Positions 39,165 through 52,559 of a stretch of 64,000 nucleotides of DNA are shown piece by piece. Each line of letters begins with the position of its first letter. Position 1 is the first letter of the stretch. Under the pieces are notes generated by a model, which was given only the letters and a program-made list of their open reading frames with translations, did not search any database and was not told the DNA's origin. A program made the translations under genes and the position numbers. The stretch covers positions 53,072,001 through 53,136,000 of the forward strand of contig NC_043006.1 of the NCBI RefSeq assembly GCF_006345805.1, written 5' to 3'. This DNA comes from Octopus sinensis (taxonomy: Eukaryota).

Positions 39165-39637
39165 CAGGGTGCGGTGAATAAACTGTCGTCTAAATTACGC
39201 AAAAATGAAAATAGCATTATCTCATTTTAACATATATTTACCAAAATTGCATTAAAATATCTTGTAATACTAAAGAGTAAATTCATTCAATAAAATTGAC
39301 ATTGGCTTCAACCACGGCCACCAAACGACTTTGGAATCTCCTGCAACTCTTCTGGATGGTCTCCTTGTTTAAGTTGGTGAATACTGCCATAATTCTTGCC
39401 TTCAGTTTATCTTTGGTGTTACAAGGGGTTGTGTTGGTTTCTCGCCCAACTGTGCCCCACACCATAATCAAGGGGGATGCTGTCTGGGGAGTTAGGCGGC
39501 AAGATCTTAGGGGTGATGTGGTCGTAGAAATAGTCTGACATATATGATTGGTTTCCCCTGCTAGTGTGGCATACTGCAGAGTCCTGTTGCCAGACATAAA
39601 GTCTTCCAATAGCTACCCTCTTCACCCACGGAGTCCT
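39165..39637 (-). mobile_element. Tc1/mariner DD37D (maT-like) 3' half
   Basis: TA|cagggtgcggtg TIR; VWQQDSAVCHTS...PPNSPDSIPLDY (37 residues between the Ds); GTVGRETNTTPCNTKDKLKARI. Confidence 0.85.
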
Positions 39638-40311
39638 ACATCAGATGCGTAGTGGAGGTAGTGTTGTGTACATCTAACTAGTTAGGTCTGCACATGTCAC
39701 CAATTTGCTATCGCCATAGGACTTTCAGTAGATGGGAATAACAAATGAGGTCACCATAAAATGACATCTGTGCATTATTGAATTATGGTAATAAACGTTT
39801 GTATAACAGGAATACCACTCTGAGTCTCCGTCATTAGTACCCTGTGATAAGCTGAAGTAAGATGATCTGTAATCATGAGAAACCGCAGGTTTTACATCAG
39901 TGTCTCCCTGCTAGATGGCTGCTGTATCAACAGTTAGGGACCTCAGGGACCTCTCAACGAAGGATATTTCTGGATATTCCTGCGTGCTCGAATTCATATG
40001 CTAACAAAAAGCTGGGAGCCTGACAAGTGCTACTACGGATCAGAGTACATCTGAGAATAGTGGCTAGGACTTGATTCCACGCTCTTCAAAACCTTGGAAT
40101 TCCTGAACCAGAGCCCCACTACATGATGCAGTTAAAATCATACCAGGACGTACATACACACACATGCACACACACACATACATACACACAAGCTCCGCTT
40201 ACACACACATATACACATCATCATCATCATCATCACCATCATCATGCCAGAAGATCAGGGCAAAACACACATGTACACACACACAATTACACTCAGCGCC
40301 TACAATATATA

Positions 40312-40356
<45 letters not shown>

Positions 40357-40643
40357 AAATTAATTAATTAATAAATAAAATAATATATAAATATAAAAAT
40401 ATACATACATACATATATATATATTTGTATATATAAAATTTATAAGTTTAAATTATTTAAATAATTTTTTATTTTTAACTTTTATATTTTAAAATTAATT
40501 TTATGTATTGGCTTATGTTTTTCACTGTTTGATTTGCCTAATAGTGGTTTTATCTCTAATATAATATAATATGATATATTTATACTATAAAATTGGATTT
40601 AATCCTAAATCTAATTTTTCCCTGTAAGTTTGGATTTATTCCC

Positions 40644-40703
<60 letters not shown>

Positions 40704-41089
40704 TATAACACACATACGAGGAGAAAATGCAGTCATGGGTAACTGACTGAAAAACCTACAAGAACTGTGACAAATGACTTATCAATCAATTAGAAAAGAA
40801 CAAGTGAACTAAAGTATGTTTTGTTGGAAGAATGATTTCAAGGTTTAACAATGTATCTTTCAATACAGTTTCGCCTCAGCAATCCTTAAAGCGCACACAC
40901 CTTTTTGCATATACATTGTACTGCTGGCTTTCTTCGTCATAGAGCTAATGACACCTTTACTCGACGTGTATGAAAACTCTGTCTGTCTGTCAGTCTGTTT
41001 GACAGTCTGTCTCTGCCTGTCTGTCTCTCAGTCTGTCTCTCACATACACACACATTAAACGGAGCAGGAGTACACACGAGGACGGAAAG

Positions 41090-41134
41090 TGTCGCTGAAG
41101 AGGTCACAGATGTGTGACGAAAGATTTCCGGACA
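41090..41134 (+). ncRNA. Hammerhead-like core, probably decayed
   Basis: CTGAAGA-G-GTCACA(gatg)TGTGAC-GAAA with a perfect 6-bp helix II; helices I and III imperfect. Confidence 0.45.
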
Positions 41135-41211
41135 ATGGATACGAGTTAAAATAAGAACAGTAATAAACGAGTGAAGAACGAATATTTAGTGCGTGTGTTT
41201 ATTTGGCAAGA

Positions 41212-41252
<41 letters not shown>

Positions 41253-41601
41253 CCATCCCGAAATACCACATTATATATATGTACACACATACGCACACAC
41301 ACTCTCTTACAAGCAAAGCTCACATACTCATATAGTTACTGAAGGTAAGTTCGATAGTTACACTTCAGTCCCATGTTCCTTGGCATCTACATAAAAAAAT
41401 AAAATAAAAGGAAAATGTGGCTTTAAAAGCACCACTCTCATTCGCACCCCATTCAGCAGATGAATTCGAGCAGGTTTAGAAATGTTAATGGACTTAACAT
41501 GCATTGTTCCAAACTAAATATAATAAGAAATAATATGAAAATATGAAAAATTATTATAAAAAGAAATTTGAGCTCGTAATTTCATGCCCCAACATAACAT
41601 A

Positions 41602-41932
41602 TGAAGTACGTTCAAAAAGTACCCGGCCTTTGGGCATTAAAAAAAAAAAAAAACAATTTCGTACATTTCACAAATTTTATTCAGTCAACTTCAAAATACA
41701 CCCCTTGGAAGTTCACACACTTCTCCCAGCAGTTCTGTAATTGCTGGTACCACCTCTGGAGATCTGTCGTCGTTTTTCTCATAATTCCCTCTCGCGACTA
41801 AAATCGCTTCCCTTTCAGTGTGGTTTTCTGTTTGAAGAAAAGCCAGAAGTCGCACGATGTCAAGTCGAGTGAGTAGAGAGCCTGTCGAACAAGTGGTGTG
41901 TTGTTCTTGACCAGAAAATCCTGGATTACGAA
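41602..41932 (-). mobile_element. Mariner transposase C-terminus + right TIR
   Basis: QDFLVKNNTPLVRQALYSLDLTSCDFWLF..LKGKRF..CWEKCVNFQGVYFE*; TIR gttcaaaaagtacccgg next to TA. Confidence 0.85.
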
Positions 41933-42308
41933 AATGCGTTCAAAAAGTATCCGAGTTTAATTTTTCGCCGACACTTTCTCCACGCACATATCCTCCGTTA
42001 AAATGAAATGTGCTTATTCCCGTTTCGTAAGTAATTTCCTGAATTATTACACGACTGTTTCCCGTGACATTTCACCGAATCTTCTCAATCAGCTCCTCGT
42101 TTCGGCTTGTGGATGGTCAGCCTGAATGTGCTTCGCTCTCCAATGAGGTGCAGCCACGTTTGAAGCGGTTGTACCACTCTTTGATCGATGTTTTGCGCAT
42201 GGTATCATCGTCATAGGCCTGCTGATTCTCCTGATGGTTTGAGTTTGAGTATCATTAAGCTTTTGGCAACACTTGATGTAATATCTTTACTTGATGCGTT
42301 CGGTCATC
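41933..42308 (-). mobile_element. Second mariner deletion derivative (N-terminal HTH + own right TIR)
   Basis: MTERIK.RYYIKCCQKLNDTQTQTI..IKEWYNRFKRG..SG.PSTSRNEELIEK; TIR gcgttcaaaaagtatccga at about 41937. Confidence 0.82.
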
Positions 42309-42309
42309 T

Positions 42310-42435
42310 TATTTCCTTATTGCCCATAAGGGACAAACAAGGACAGACAAAGGGATTAAGCCGATTATATCGACCCTCAGTTTGTAACTGGTACTTAATC
42401 TATCGACCCCGAAAGGATGAAGGGCAAAGTCGTCA
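42310..42435 (-). mobile_element. 5'-truncated SINE C abutting the mariner start codon
   Basis: tatttccttattgcccataagg...gaaaggatgaaagggcaaagtcg. Confidence 0.8.
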
Positions 42436-42478
42436 TGTTTCTTTCAAAATCATTTACATACATATACACATACACACA

Positions 42479-42518
<40 letters not shown>

Positions 42519-43419
42519 GATTGCGTGCGTGTGTGTGTGTCTGTTAGTGTGTCTGTGCGCACGCGAAATGTAATTGATTTTTCAAATTTTCGGCGATTTA
42601 TATCCAGTTGTTCAATCAGCTGGATTATCTATTCGTGAAAGTATCATATAAATGGATGAGTAATCCAGTGAGATGTATACCTCCCAACATAATTCTCCTG
42701 CCAAATTAGCATGACACAGTGTGTATGACAAAGATGGACTTTTGAATGACATGAACAGTCCATCCGACGAACTTCCAAGCAGATTCTATTCGCTTGTTTA
42801 CCTACGTTCACTCAAAAGTCTTAGGTCGACATAGTAAAAGACGCCTGAGATTCCGTGTAGTGGAATCGAACTTGGGGCCTCATGTTAGCAAAGTGGAATG
42901 TGAAAAAAATTACACCCAATACATAGAACTTCTGAAGAATCAGTTAATGATTCATTCCAGTATTCCATGCATGTGCGCTCGGGCAGACACCTGTGGGAGA
43001 AGCGGCCTATAAGGAAAGAATTTGTTTAAGTGGCACCAGTTAGGTCGGTTCTCATTGATCGTAGATAATTGGTTATTGCAGTTATTATAACTGTTGCTGA
43101 CATCTGTGTCTGTAGAGTAGTGTAAAGGACTGAAATCTCACCTGCGATTTACAGAGGTCACTGTTCAGCAGTGAGTATAGCATATCAACTGAGTATGAGT
43201 GGTAATTGTACGGCGATCGCTCATTGTTGGAGCATGTAGAGCATCTTCGTTAACTATAACACATAATTTTTTTCGCTCTCTTGATATATGGGACAACTTT
43301 CCCTACTGCTTCGATGTTATTCTGAGGAGGGAATGGGGACACGCATAGATCTGTAATACCTGAGCTTCCAAATGAATTCCACCAAAGAGTTGGATTTCTC
43401 TTAGTCCATCAACCTAAAT

Positions 43420-43506
43420 GTATGTATGTATGTAGTATGTATGTATGTATGTATGTATGTATGTATGTATGTATTTATGTATGTATGTATGTATACACAC
43501 ACACAC

Positions 43507-43555
<49 letters not shown>

Positions 43556-43820
43556 CATACATACATGTATATACATATATATATAGATATATATACATAT
43601 ATATATATACATACATATATACATACATATATACATACATATATATATACATATATATATACATATACGTACATGCATGCATACATACATACACACACAC
43701 ACACAAACACACACATACACACACACATACATATATATGTATAAATATAAATATAAAATATGTATATAGTTTGTATGTATATGTATGCATGTATGTAATT
43801 TGTATGTATATGTATGTATG
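43420..43820. repeat. Compound (TATG)n/(TA)n/(CA)n array
   Basis: Direct reading. Confidence 0.9.
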
Positions 43821-44244
43821 TATACATGTTAACTGTTCGATGATTATTCATAAGTCAGAAAAAGGAGCACGTTTTATATGAGGTAAGAGTGTGTCTACGT
43901 TATTTATACCTTAGTATAAATCAAGATCCAAATATAGCTAAAAGTTGCGAATGGTGTTATATATAATTAATTTTCTCTACGAGGAAAGATTAATCAATTA
44001 TCCATCAGACATGGCAGGTCGGAAATATACAACTTGGTCTTTCGAAAAGTGTCCAAGCTATACATTTCGAATCACTATGTCTGACAAATATTTAATTATT
44101 TTTTCCTTGTAGGAAGGATTAATTATTTACGAAACCGCCCTTTGACCGTACACGGAACTTAATAATATTGTATAGATTACACAAGCACACACATACACAT
44201 ACATATACATACATACACATTACTTTATACATGGGTGTACATAT

Positions 44245-44596
44245 TTTTGTTTTGTTGGCACTCCGTCGCTTACGACGACGAGGGTTCCAATTGATCCGAT
44301 CAACGGAACAGCCTGCTTGTGAAATTAACGTGCAAGTGGCTGAGCACTTCACAGACACGTGTACCCTTAACGTAGTTCTCGGGGATATTCAGCGTGATAC
44401 AGAGTGTGACCAGGCTGGCCCTTTAAATTACAGGCAAAACAGAAACAGGAAGTAAGAGCGAGAGAAAGTCGTGGTGAAAGAGTACAGCAGGGTTCGCCAC
44501 CATCCCCTGCCGGAGCCTCGTGGAGCTTTAGATGCCCGGTCTGGGAATCGAAACCGCGAGTCCGCTACCCTTACCACTAGGCCATTGCGCCTCCAC
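44245..44596 (-). mobile_element. SINE A1 with a deletion of about 28 bp, 12-bp TSD
   Basis: TSD gggtgtacatat (44233-44) / gggtgcacatat (44597-608). Confidence 0.88.
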
Positions 44597-44696
44597 GGGT
44601 GCACATATATTGTTACATTATGTGTATGTGAGTGTAGCGTAATATATTACGTACACACATATAGAGGAGAGATAGAATGAGAGAGAGAGAAAGGGA

Positions 44697-44733
<37 letters not shown>

Positions 44734-46689
44734 AAGAAAGAGAGACGACGTTTAGAAAATATCATGGTGTCAAAACAATAAAGGCTTTTAATTATCTAAG
44801 AAAATCAAGTCTTAACACCAAGGATGCCAGTCATGAATTCTCAAAACACATGACTATTTACCGCATCCGAATCTAAATCTATGATGTGGAGCTATATTTA
44901 ATCAATAACAATTATATGAAAAAAAAAAGTTAAAAAATAAGAACCCTTCAATAAACCCAGTACAAAAAGATTTAATGAAAAATATTTGAAGTACAATCTG
45001 TGAAATATATGATTAACGAAAGTTTTTTGTAGACTAAACACCTTTTCTATCCCCCACTAAATTTACATTATTCAGGCATTAAAACACGTAGCAACACTGA
45101 TAATAAAACTTTAATCTTTGGATAACTGCAGGCAGATGCAAACACTCTGTCACTGATATTTCGAAGTATAAGTTTGTTAAATGTTTCGAATTACAAGAAA
45201 AGTGGAAGTAGGAGTAGTAATAGTGGTGGTAGTGGCAATAGTAGTTGTTTTGTTGTCTTACTTCCATTCAGTTCTGACAGAGAATACCTATGTTCAAAGG
45301 TCTTCTTTCAGCCTTTTATTTTCTCCTTTTTAATTTCTCCGCTTTTATTTTCTCTTACACAAAATTTCCATCAAAGTTTTGAGCCACTTGAAGCCTTAGT
45401 AGAAGACACAATCTCAAAGGGTCAGGCAGTGGGATTGAACCCGAAGCTATCTAGTTGCGAAGAGAACTGTTTAATGTCAGCCTTGTCGGTGCATAAACAA
45501 TAAATCTCTGACCTTCAATTCAGTGCTGATGCAAGTATCAGATCCCTGATAAAAAAAATGTTCCAGTTTTGACTATCCCGTCGATTTTGAGGAATAGCGT
45601 TTACAGGCATAAATTATCCAATGCCTCTTTCCTAATCTGAAGATGGTAGGGTGTCTTTTGAAGAAGACTTATTTGCTATTTTTAGCAACTTGAGTGGCTG
45701 TGGAGAAACTCCCATAGAACTGATACTTAACACTCAGAAGTAACGGAATAAAAGAAAATGGGCCTTCCTCTTGTTGTTCTTGTCATTGTTTAGCCATAGT
45801 GTATCTAAGATGAGATTATCTAAAGTGTCCTTTCCCAGTTTTGAAGACCATATTGTTGACTTAAGGGAAAATTGGCTGTTATTTTTAACGATCACGTTAA
45901 GTCTCTCTAGTCACCTTGTTTAAGTTTTTTTTTTTTGCTTCATACAATTACAATAGCCTATAACTCTACTAAAGCTGACATATGGCACGATGTTATAAAA
46001 ATGTCATTTTTTTCTTTCTTTTAGGAAGTAAAAATAATATAAACAAAAGCAGAATTGAAAATTATTTTTCCCTTTTTTATGTACTTCGTATTTTAAAACG
46101 TTTAACATTTCAAACTTGGTGATTAGGAACAAAATACGACCACGAAATTACTTCGATTAAGTGGAGAAAATTTGATTACTCTGCCGCTGATTAGTTGTCT
46201 AAAATTAGATGCTGGCAAGCTCGTCGAATGGATCGAATATTTGCCTGTTGACCGATAGTTCGGCTGTTCACATGCTACTGGTGATGCGATTCGTCCCGTT
46301 CCGAATGCACCTAGTTTTAAGCAGTCCAATGGCTTAATACACCTAGCTGTAAAAAGGTACCACATGCTGCTAAATAGCCGGGATGCTGTATAAATTATCG
46401 GCTATTTCACAAGTTTGCTGCATTGATCTCCAATCCTATCATTGTTGTGTATAGCTTAGAGAAGGATGAACTTGATTGATGAACTTGTTGCATAATAACG
46501 AATTAATTAAGGGGTCATAATGTGACCCAGTGTCACAAATCAATGGATTATGAGACTGAATTTGAGCATAATCTAGATATAACGCTCCATTCTGTTTACT
46601 TCGGTTCAGCTGAAATTGAGGATCTGCTTGTTAATTGAATAAAGAATTACTTTTCATCGCCTGAATAGTATGAAATTGGAGATAAGTAT

Positions 46690-46975
46690 CAACATTGAAG
46701 AGATGAACATCAATATTGATCTAACAACATCAGTATTTTTGAAACGAATAGTGATAATGATGAAACAAACACAGATATTGATGAAACAAACACCAATATT
46801 GATGACATAAACACCATCAATTAATGAGACAAACACCAATATTGATGAACAAACTCTAATATTGATACACTACTATTGATAATACAAACGCCTAAAGTGA
46901 TGCCAAAAACGCCGATATTGATGACGCAAACACTGATATTGATGATGCAAACACCAATATTGATGAGATCTTCGA
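46690..46975 (+). repeat. Degenerate 21-bp tandem repeat (about 14 units), consensus CAATATTGATGAAACAAACAC = N-I-D-E-T-N-T heptad
   Basis: Several units differ at third codon positions or by D/E/N and T/A swaps; several indels and stops. Confidence 0.75.
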
Positions 46976-47734
46976 GGTATAGATGTTTTATTGAAAATTC
47001 TAAAGAAAAGATATATTCTCATAGTTTAAAATTTAAAAATGACTATTGCTTTAGAGCGGAAGCTAATAGTTGTTTTAGTTGGGAATGTCGTCAAAAACAC
47101 ATGTCACTATAAATCTAATTATACAATTTTACGACTTTTAAGTAAATATGTAACATGTATAATCTATATTGCTGAAAATAAACCATCTGTTACAAATTAA
47201 ATCATATGTGCAAATTAACCATCTGTGATATTTCTGTGAGCATTCCGAGTAAATCTACGAGGTTAGATTGGAAAAACTTTATAAAGTAATTTAGTTTCCT
47301 AAAAAATATTCTTTAATTAGTAAATCCCTAATTGACAAGCTAATTAATAATAACTTTGCACGAAATTAACTCCATTTATAATTAAGTATATTGCAGTAAA
47401 GCAACAGTGGGAGGTAGCCTAAAAAATAACTGCATTACGTTTAGCGTATGCAGTACTGTACAACAATGGCAAAATGATATTCTTGCCAAGTATAAAATTG
47501 TTGTGAAACGTAGCCGCCATCATTCATATTTTATTCATCGAACAGAGAAAAAACTTGCGGAGTAACTAATAATAACCAGAATGAACTGTCTGCTTCCCAC
47601 CGCTTCCCTCCAATTACATTGCTAATATCTTTATTCCATTATTGCCTTTCTTACCCATCTGTTATTGCAGTGAGTCGTAAACTCTACATCTCTTAACTCC
47701 CCACGATACCTCTTCCGTGCAAGGTCCACTCTTT

Positions 47735-47960
47735 CTTGCAGTATGGTGGCTTGTGTTCTTCAATGACCCCGGAAACTATGTTAGCAGAGCACTAGCTCCT
47801 GGTAGAGTTTCCCATGTTGGAAGAGTTAACGAACAGAAGCCAGACTAATATGGACCATCTTTTCTTAGAGGTAAAATGGGTTTGCGTAGGGTCAAAAGCA
47901 AATCTACAGAAGAGTCGATGACAAGATCTGAGAGAGGAAGGCTTTCAGACCAGAATCGAG
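47735..47960 (+). mobile_element. Probable RTE-type 5' UTR remnant
   Basis: ggtggcttgtgttcttcaatgacccc..ctatg..ctcctggtagagtttcccatg...gccagactaa..gggtttgcgtagggtc resembles RTE/Rex3 leaders as I recall them. Confidence 0.4.
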
Positions 47961-48990
47961 AATAGTTTAGAAAAGTTGTCGACTGCCTATGCTCCGTAAG
48001 GAGGGATGCGTTTAGATGCCTCTCAGAAAGGGTATCCAATATAAAATAACCAATAGAAAAACACTTGCTTTAATTCAAATTTCCCACCTCCGGTTCACAT
48101 ATCCAAATCTATTCATTGACGATACTTCATCCAGTCATGGATATTTTATTAAATATTTTAAATTTAGTCTTACCTATTTCAGTAACAAAGAAAATGTTAT
48201 ATTTTATTAATTCTTCTGAACGTGTGACACACTGTTGACATGTCACCCTTCTTCTCTTCACAATAGCCGACATAAAATATATTCATTTTCCTCCCTACAA
48301 CACCAAACAAATATTGCTTGCCATGACATAAATTACACTGAATACTCCTTTCATGAATCAGAGAAAACTTTTGACACACAAAAAAAAAAAAAAAGCTTTT
48401 GACACTAAAAAAAAAAATGACAAAATATAACAATAATTATAATCGTATAACAATAATAACATGTTTACAAAAGTCACTAATTTTCAAACCCTCGCTTTCT
48501 TACTTGATATGAGATCTCAGATTAAATCGGAGAATAAAAAGATAATTTGGATGTGTGACTAAAGAATAACTTGAATGGCTGAAAAATAACGTCAAAAGGA
48601 ACAATAAAATTCTTTTCGATACGACTCTTCCTATGCTTTCAATATTTAAGTTGTTTCATTTCGAAATTTAATGGATCTTCGATATAAGCAAAGACTGAAA
48701 ATATATACATTTATTTACGTGTGTATGTTTATTTACAAGTATATTTTAATGCAGAAGAAGCCAATTTCTACCATCAGTTTGGTTATTCCAAAATGTAATG
48801 TTGAGACTATTAGGGAATAAAACTAGTTAATTTGAAACCCCAAGTTCCAACATTATTTATGGCTGACAACTTCCTCTCCGTTACATACAATTCTACATGC
48901 TACTATTTATAAAGAAGGAAGTGAATATTAGACAGAAATTCTATATTTATGCTTGTTACATATTCACGCACTCGTACACTCATCTCTGTT

Positions 48991-49027
<37 letters not shown>

Positions 49028-49039
49028 CACACACATACG

Positions 49040-49083
<44 letters not shown>

Positions 49084-49375
49084 CACACACGCGCGCGCAT
49101 GTATACACACACAGACAAACAAGCATACATACACACACACATGCACACAAAATACACTCACTTGTATAAAATGTATACATATATGTATGTGTATTTCTTA
49201 TTAGATGTGAAGCTACAAAAGTAACTCAAGATCCTACAGTTTCGGTCCAAAGCACTTGTCAAGCTTGGCAGTTTCCTCTTGTTTAGTCGGATGGGAGGAT
49301 TCTCTCCTTAGTCATGAAGGCACTGTGGGTTATCTAAATGATCCGTAGCATAAGGACTTAACACAATAACTCTAT

Positions 49376-49768
49376 ATTCTTTTCTACACGGCCCGAAATT
49401 TTTAGGGAAGGAGGCCAGTTGATTAGATAGACCCCGGTATGCAAATGGTACTTAATTTATCGACCCCGAAAGGATGAAAGGCAAAGTCGACCTCGGCGGA
49501 ATTTAAACTCAGAATGTAAAGACAGACGAAATACCTATTTCTTTACTAGCCACAAGGGACTAAACACAGAGAGGACAAACAAGGACAGACAAATGGATTA
49601 AGTCAATTATATCGACCCCAGTGCGTAACTGGAACTTATTTAATCGACCCCGAAAGGATGAAAGGCAAAATTGACATCGGCGGAATTTGAACTCAGAACG
49701 TAACGGCAGACGAAATACGGCTAAGCATTTTGCCCGGCGTGCTAACGATTCTGCCAGCTCGCCGCCTT
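49376..49768 (-). mobile_element. Dimeric SINE C (head + body/tail1 + body/tail2) inside one 13-bp TSD
   Basis: TSD acaataactctat at 49363-49375 and 49769-49781. Confidence 0.9.
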
Positions 49769-51419
49769 ACAATAACTCTATGTTGCCGACATTGCTCCGT
49801 TGCTCTGCGTTTAGCAGCCATGGTTTGCAGTTATACAGAACTAACGAGAAAAATAAATGAAATCCCTTCCTGTATCTTTGCATTATACATCGCAATTTTT
49901 ACACTTTGCTCAGATCTTTCAACGTTGTATCGCCCATACTTAACGTGCGGCGCATTTCCTTGTTGTTATGGCAGTCACGGTAGATGTGTTTGAATTATTC
50001 AACCAAGAGTTTTGTAAGTAATTATTTCTTTTATGACAAACATATCGTAACATGATTCAAGCTCTTAAATTTTCACCCGACTAGTTGATATGTTTTGAGT
50101 TAAGAGGAAAAAAACCATAGTTTAAGACTCTATGGTTTGGGCTTTCTTATTATTTAGTCAAGAAGAAAAAGTAGTGTGCATGACCATTTACAGGGCCTGT
50201 GAGATCGGTGGGCAGAATGAGTCCTCAAACCGGAGACCTAACCCGAGTGCTTGCAACAGAGTGGACTCCATTAAGGAGACTCAGGGTGGTACTGAAGTAA
50301 AAAGTAATGCACTAAACCTACTAGCCAAGAGTTTAGCGAGATGTTATAACCTTCATGCCATCATAAGCAGTTAAAGCTTGAAATGGGAACCACGTCAAGG
50401 ACTCGTACATCTTTGTAAGTCTAGACTCAAACGCCTTTTACCCGAGCCAACGAGGGAAAATTAATGCTGCCACACCGCCTGCTTGAAATATCAGCCAAAT
50501 CTTACTCAGATCATACCATATCAGCTTTAAGAAAAATGTAAAGATTCTGTGGTCCTGAAACGCTTTTGATGATAGGTCTATATGATCGTAACTGGCGTGT
50601 CCTATATTTCGGAAAAGGTAAAATTGGGAGGCTGTGACATTCATACTTTTTTAATGACAATGATGTAAATGAACGCATTAATAAGCTCCGGTTGTGTTTG
50701 AAACAGAGGTATGAAACACCAAATTCAAGGGTGCAAAGAAGCTAACCCGGCTGCTCACTCGTCTTCACTCAACACTCTGTCGACTTTTAGACATTATTGT
50801 TATTCAGTGTGTGAAAGCAAATTTCTCCGATTCTCACAAATCGTTCACATGAATAAATCCTACTAACACCCAATACCACCATAATAAACTAATACAGGTT
50901 CTTTCCACCTCCTCTCCCACAACTGGTCTGAAGTTGGTATGACTTTGCACAACAGACGAACAGAAATCCAGGTGATTCCTTTACGTTCCTGAAGTCACGA
51001 AAGTAAAACAATGCCAAGAAGTCAGAAAAAAGAAAGGTCCTTCAGTACACACCAAACCATACCAACTTCGCGCCACCCCACTTCTCACAAATCACACTAC
51101 ACCAGTCACATCATAATAGGGAGCTTTTACAGGTCACTCGAGTTGCTAAAAATAGCAGCAAAATATCTCATAAATATTACCATACTTTCTTTAAAAAGGA
51201 AAGGAAAGACGCGCTAGATATTGTAGTTCTGTTATACAAAATGCCAGGACAGTCATAGCTGGAACTCTATAACACTTCAAAAAAAAAAAAAATGAAAAAG
51301 AAAAAAACTCTCACTACTTATATTCATTTACTATCAAAACTTATATTCATTTAATTTACTATGAAAGCGATATGACTATTGTTTTGTCTAAACCTTGTGT
51401 AAGCTCAGAAACTCTTCAT

Positions 51420-51640
51420 TAAGATGGCAAAGTAGCAGAGTCGTTTGAGCGTCGAACAAAGTACCATATAACATTTGATCTGGTCCTTTGAGTTTTGAAT
51501 TCAAATCTCGGCAGAGTTATCTTTTCCATTCATCTTCCCAGAATCGCTCAAATAATTACCAGTCTAGGATGGTGGACTGGTGCAATTGTTAGGGCGTTGA
51601 ACAGAACACTTCGCAATATCTGTTCGAGCGCTTTATGCTC
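51420..51640 (+). mobile_element. Old degenerate SINE C-like copies
   Basis: ggcaaagtagcagagtcgtt...gaattcaaatctcggcagag..ttttccattcatc. Confidence 0.45.
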
Positions 51641-52559
51641 TGGATACTAAGGTTAGTATGAGGAACTGATCTGTATCTTGCCGATATACAATTCCTTGTA
51701 AAAAATGGCATCCAAATCCTGGTTTAGATAGTACAAGCTATTTAGAATATCTACAAGCCATTAGAATATTTAGAATACATCTGCGCTTAAACACAGTGGT
51801 AATGACTGGCCGAGTGGATAGGGTGTCAAGTCACTGCCTTTTGAAACATAAGTTTATACTTGGCAGCATACACTTCAATGTCTGCTTAGAAAAGATACCT
51901 AATATTACACACCTCTATTTCCCTAACTGACGCAAGCAAAACGGCTGTTTTAAAAATCATGTGTTGTAGCCCTCTTAGAAGTATGACCTCCTACTCAACA
52001 CTGTTCTGATTCTTGACAGATGAAGCTATTTCACTACAAATACTCACGACCCATCCGTGTAAAATGGGCCAATCATTACTTACATTTTATTCACTTGTTT
52101 CATTTAGTGAGTATTTGTCCTAAACAAAGCAATATTTCCCCAAAAGTATTCTGGCAGAATAATTTAAAGGTTTGCTTTTAATACAGTTTAACTATCTTCA
52201 AAATCAATATGGATACCAAGACAAACATCAGAAAGTCAGTCAAAATATGTCAGTAAACAGTAGAATTCTAGGGACGAGTGTTAGTCTGTAATGGCAATTA
52301 GTGAATATAAATAGTTCAAAAGTGGAATAAACTGGTTTATCAGGAAGAGAAAAATTAGAATATTGTAAGAAAAAACTTGACAACATATTTAGCACAGAAC
52401 AAATATAATTAAATGTATTTCAAGGACAGGCAACAATATTTGAGAAATTGAATCGAACTCACGAACTAAAGGTCTAATCTCTTGCGTCCCTTCGAATCTT
52501 GCAGATCAGAATGCTCTTTTACTCTTTTACTTGTTTCCGTCAATTGACTGTGGCCAGGT

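Noticed and set aside
50860-50990. Minus-strand polypyrimidine acceptor followed by a short open frame
   Set aside because: No strong donor and no recognisable peptide
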